A stretch of DNA of 64,000 nucleotides from Gammaproteobacteria bacterium (GTDB lineage Bacteria > Pseudomonadota > Gammaproteobacteria > GCA-001735895): positions 64,001-128,000 of the forward strand of contig JBNKUM010000008.1 in NCBI GenBank assembly GCA_050298595.1, in the 5' to 3' direction. Position numbers and translations under genes: made by a program. This document shows positions 61,644 through 64,000 of this stretch, piece after piece (the stretch's first letter is position 1; every line of letters starts with the position of its first letter). Under the pieces are notes generated by a model. That model was not told the DNA's origin. It did no database searches and saw only the letters and a list, made by a program, of their open reading frames with translations.

Positions 61644-63161
61644 CTAAATTTTTGAAACACTGATGTGTTGCAACAGATTATCGATTGTGGGATGCATTAC
61701 ATTCACTAATGGGTCTGGCCACAGGCCCAGAGTTAGCACGGCGATTGCGAGTAGTGCAAGAAACAGAAATTCGCGTTTATTGATATCTGTAAGCGCACGC
61801 ACCTGGTCATTTGCAATATCGCCAAAAATGACGCGTTTTACCATCCACAGGGTATAAGCAGCACCCAGTATCAGGGTAGTTGCTGCTAGAAATGCTATCC
61901 AGAAATTTGCCTTGAAGCTCGCCAGTATCACCATAAATTCACCAACGAAGCCTGACGTACCTGGTAAGCCTGCATTAGACATGGCAAAGAACACCATGAA
62001 CGCAGCAAAAACTGGCATGGTATTCACCACACCGCCGTAATCGGCGATCTGACGCGAATGCATACGATCATACATAACACCGACGCAAAGGAACATCGCA
62101 CCAGAAATAAAACCATGCGACACCATCTGAACCATGCCGCCCTCAAGCGCCAGTCCGGCACCTGCTCCATCACCCAGCGCACTGATACGAAACACAATAA
62201 AGAAACCAAGGGTCACAAAACCCATATGCGCGATTGAGGAATAAGCGATCAGCTTTTTCATATCCTGCTGTACCAGAGCAACAAAGCCAATATAAACCAC
62301 GGCAGTTAGAGACATGGTGATTATCAGCCAGTCGAGCTGACTGCTGGCATCAGGCGTAATCGGTAAACTGAAACGCAGGAACCCATAGCCACCTATCTTC
62401 AGCATGATCGCAGCCAGGATAACCGAACCACCAGTAGGCGCTTCTACGTGCGCATCGGGTAACCACGTATGCACTGGCCACATAGGAACCTTAACCGCAA
62501 ACGCTACCAGAAATGCCAGGAAGATCAGAACCTGTTCGGTCATACCCAGCTTCAGGTCATGTAGATCCAGAATCGCGAAACTACCCGACTGGGTATACAT
62601 ATAAATCAACGCCACCAGCATCAGAACCGAGCCAATAAAGGTATATAGAAAGAACTTCAGTGTCGCATAGATTCGGTTAACGCCACCCCAGATACCGATA
62701 ACCAGAAACATGGGGATTAGCATGGCTTCGAAGAAGATATAAAACAGAATCGAATCCAGTGCTGAGAAGGTGCCGATCATGAAACCTTCCATAATCAGGA
62801 AGGCAGCCATGTATTGAGACACTCGATATTGAATCACTTCCCAGGCTGATATCACAACTATAACCGTGGTAAAGCTGGTCAATAAGATTAAAGGCATTGA
62901 AATACCATCGACACCCAGATGGTAATTAATACTGAATTCCTTAATCCAGGGGTGCAATTCAACAAACTGCATATTGGCAGTTGTCGCATCAAATAAACCA
63001 TATAGAGGAATACTAAACAGGAAAGTAGCAATTGAAACTACCAGTGCAATCTTGCGTGCACCTGCAGGTTCCTTATCTCCAGAAAACAATACCAGAATGC
63101 CACCAACAATAGGCAACCAGATGACCAGACTTAAAAGAGGTAAATCAGCAAACATATTCAT
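61644..63161 (-). CDS. nuoM: NADH-quinone oxidoreductase subunit M
   Basis: HTWLPDAHVEAPT, KKLIAYSS; start overlaps the nuoL stop (ATGA). Confidence 0.98.
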   Translation of the reverse strand: MNMFADLPLLSLVIWLPIVGGILVLFSGDKEPAGARKIALVVSIATFLFSIPLYGLFDATTANMQFVELHPWIKEFSINYHLGVDGISMPLILLTSFTTVIVVISAWEVIQYRVSQYMAAFLIMEGFMIGTFSALDSILFYIFFEAMLIPMFLVIGIWGGVNRIYATLKFFLYTFIGSVLMLVALIYMYTQSGSFAILDLHDLKLGMTEQVLIFLAFLVAFAVKVPMWPVHTWLPDAHVEAPTGGSVILAAIMLKIGGYGFLRFSLPITPDASSQLDWLIITMSLTAVVYIGFVALVQQDMKKLIAYSSIAHMGFVTLGFFIVFRISALGDGAGAGLALEGGMVQMVSHGFISGAMFLCVGVMYDRMHSRQIADYGGVVNTMPVFAAFMVFFAMSNAGLPGTSGFVGEFMVILASFKANFWIAFLAATTLILGAAYTLWMVKRVIFGDIANDQVRALTDINKREFLFLALLAIAVLTLGLWPDPLVNVMHPTIDNLLQHISVSKI

Positions 63162-64000
63162 CCCAGTATCGCCCAACCCAGTAAAAGAATCAGACCTGTA
63201 ACCATAGCAAAGGCATAGTGGTTCAAATATCCGGTTTGTACGACACGGATAAAGCCAGAGAACCAGCCCACCAGTCGAGCACTACCGTTAACCACTAGAC
63301 CATCAATCAACATCCCATCGCCTACTCGCCACAACACAGTTCCCAGAACTTTACTGCCACCGGCAAATACGATTTCATTAAAGCGATCGAAGTAATATTT
63401 TTGATCCAGTAACTGATGCAAGGCTGACGCTCTGGTTTTAATATTTTCAGCAATCGAAGGCTGCTTCATGTAGATATACCAGGCCGAAAATACACCAGCA
63501 CCGGCAAGATAAATTGCCCACCCATGAAAGGCATGTAGAACGAATGAGAACTGTCCATGATAGTTTTCCTTCATCAACTCAACCATGTCATGCTCACGCA
63601 GTGTTAATAGTGCCTTCTCAAAGAAATCACCGAATACGATTGAATCAACCGTTAACCAGCCAATTATGGCGGATGGAATTGCCAGCAACACTAGTGGCAA
63701 CCAGACGACTGCTGATGGCTCGTGCAAATGATCTTTGGTGTGCTGATCCATACGCTCTTCTCCATGGAATACCAGAAAGAACATACGGAAAGAGTAAAAT
63801 GCTGTGATGAAAACACCCAGCAGAACCATCCAGTATGCGAAACCAGCTCCAGGAATCGTGGACTCATGAACCGCTTCGATAATTGCATCCTTGGAAAAAA
63901 AACCGGATGTTCCTGGAAAGCCGATCAAAGCCAGCGAACCGATTAATGATACCCAGTAAGTGATCGGGAGATATTTTTTCAGACCACCCATATTACGAAT
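63158..64000 (-). CDS. nuoL: NADH-quinone oxidoreductase subunit L, 5' end outside the window
   Basis: MGGL, GFFSKDAI, TAFYSFR, QTGY...YA. Confidence 0.97.
   Translation of the reverse strand: MRNMGGLKKYLPITYWVSLIGSLALIGFPGTSGFFSKDAIIEAVHESTIPGAGFAYWMVLLGVFITAFYSFRMFFLVFHGEERMDQHTKDHLHEPSAVVWLPLVLLAIPSAIIGWLTVDSIVFGDFFEKALLTLREHDMVELMKENYHGQFSFVLHAFHGWAIYLAGAGVFSAWYIYMKQPSIAENIKTRASALHQLLDQKYYFDRFNEIVFAGGSKVLGTVLWRVGDGMLIDGLVVNGSARLVGWFSGFIRVVQTGYLNHYAFAMVTGLILLLGWAILG

Overview
Chromosomal window from a moderately AT-rich gammaproteobacterium (probably marine or aquatic; this is inferred from gene content). Mostly housekeeping blocks: flagellar fliEFGHIJ plus a detached fliK, dapC-dapD-yffB-dapE, gluQ, ccmABCDEFGHI, a dctPQM TRAP system with dctD and a displaced dctB, modEABC, a divergent deacetylase/Pat acetyltransferase pair, tRNA-fMet-rimP-nusA-infB-rbfA-truB-rpsO-pnp, and the end of the nuo operon. 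No prophage, CRISPR array or intact transposase is visible. The least explained parts are: (i) a six-gene envelope cluster at 26.3-32.7 kb (CsgG/FlgT-like, GNA1162-like, two LPP20-like, an orphan FecR-domain protein and a transglutaminase-like protein), two of whose proteins share an 11-residue repeat; (ii) a nested MITE-like repeat family with copies at about 10.3-10.7 kb and 50.0 kb; (iii) a 55-aa lipoprotein gene missed by the ORF track. All family calls come from motif recognition by eye; no database searches were run.
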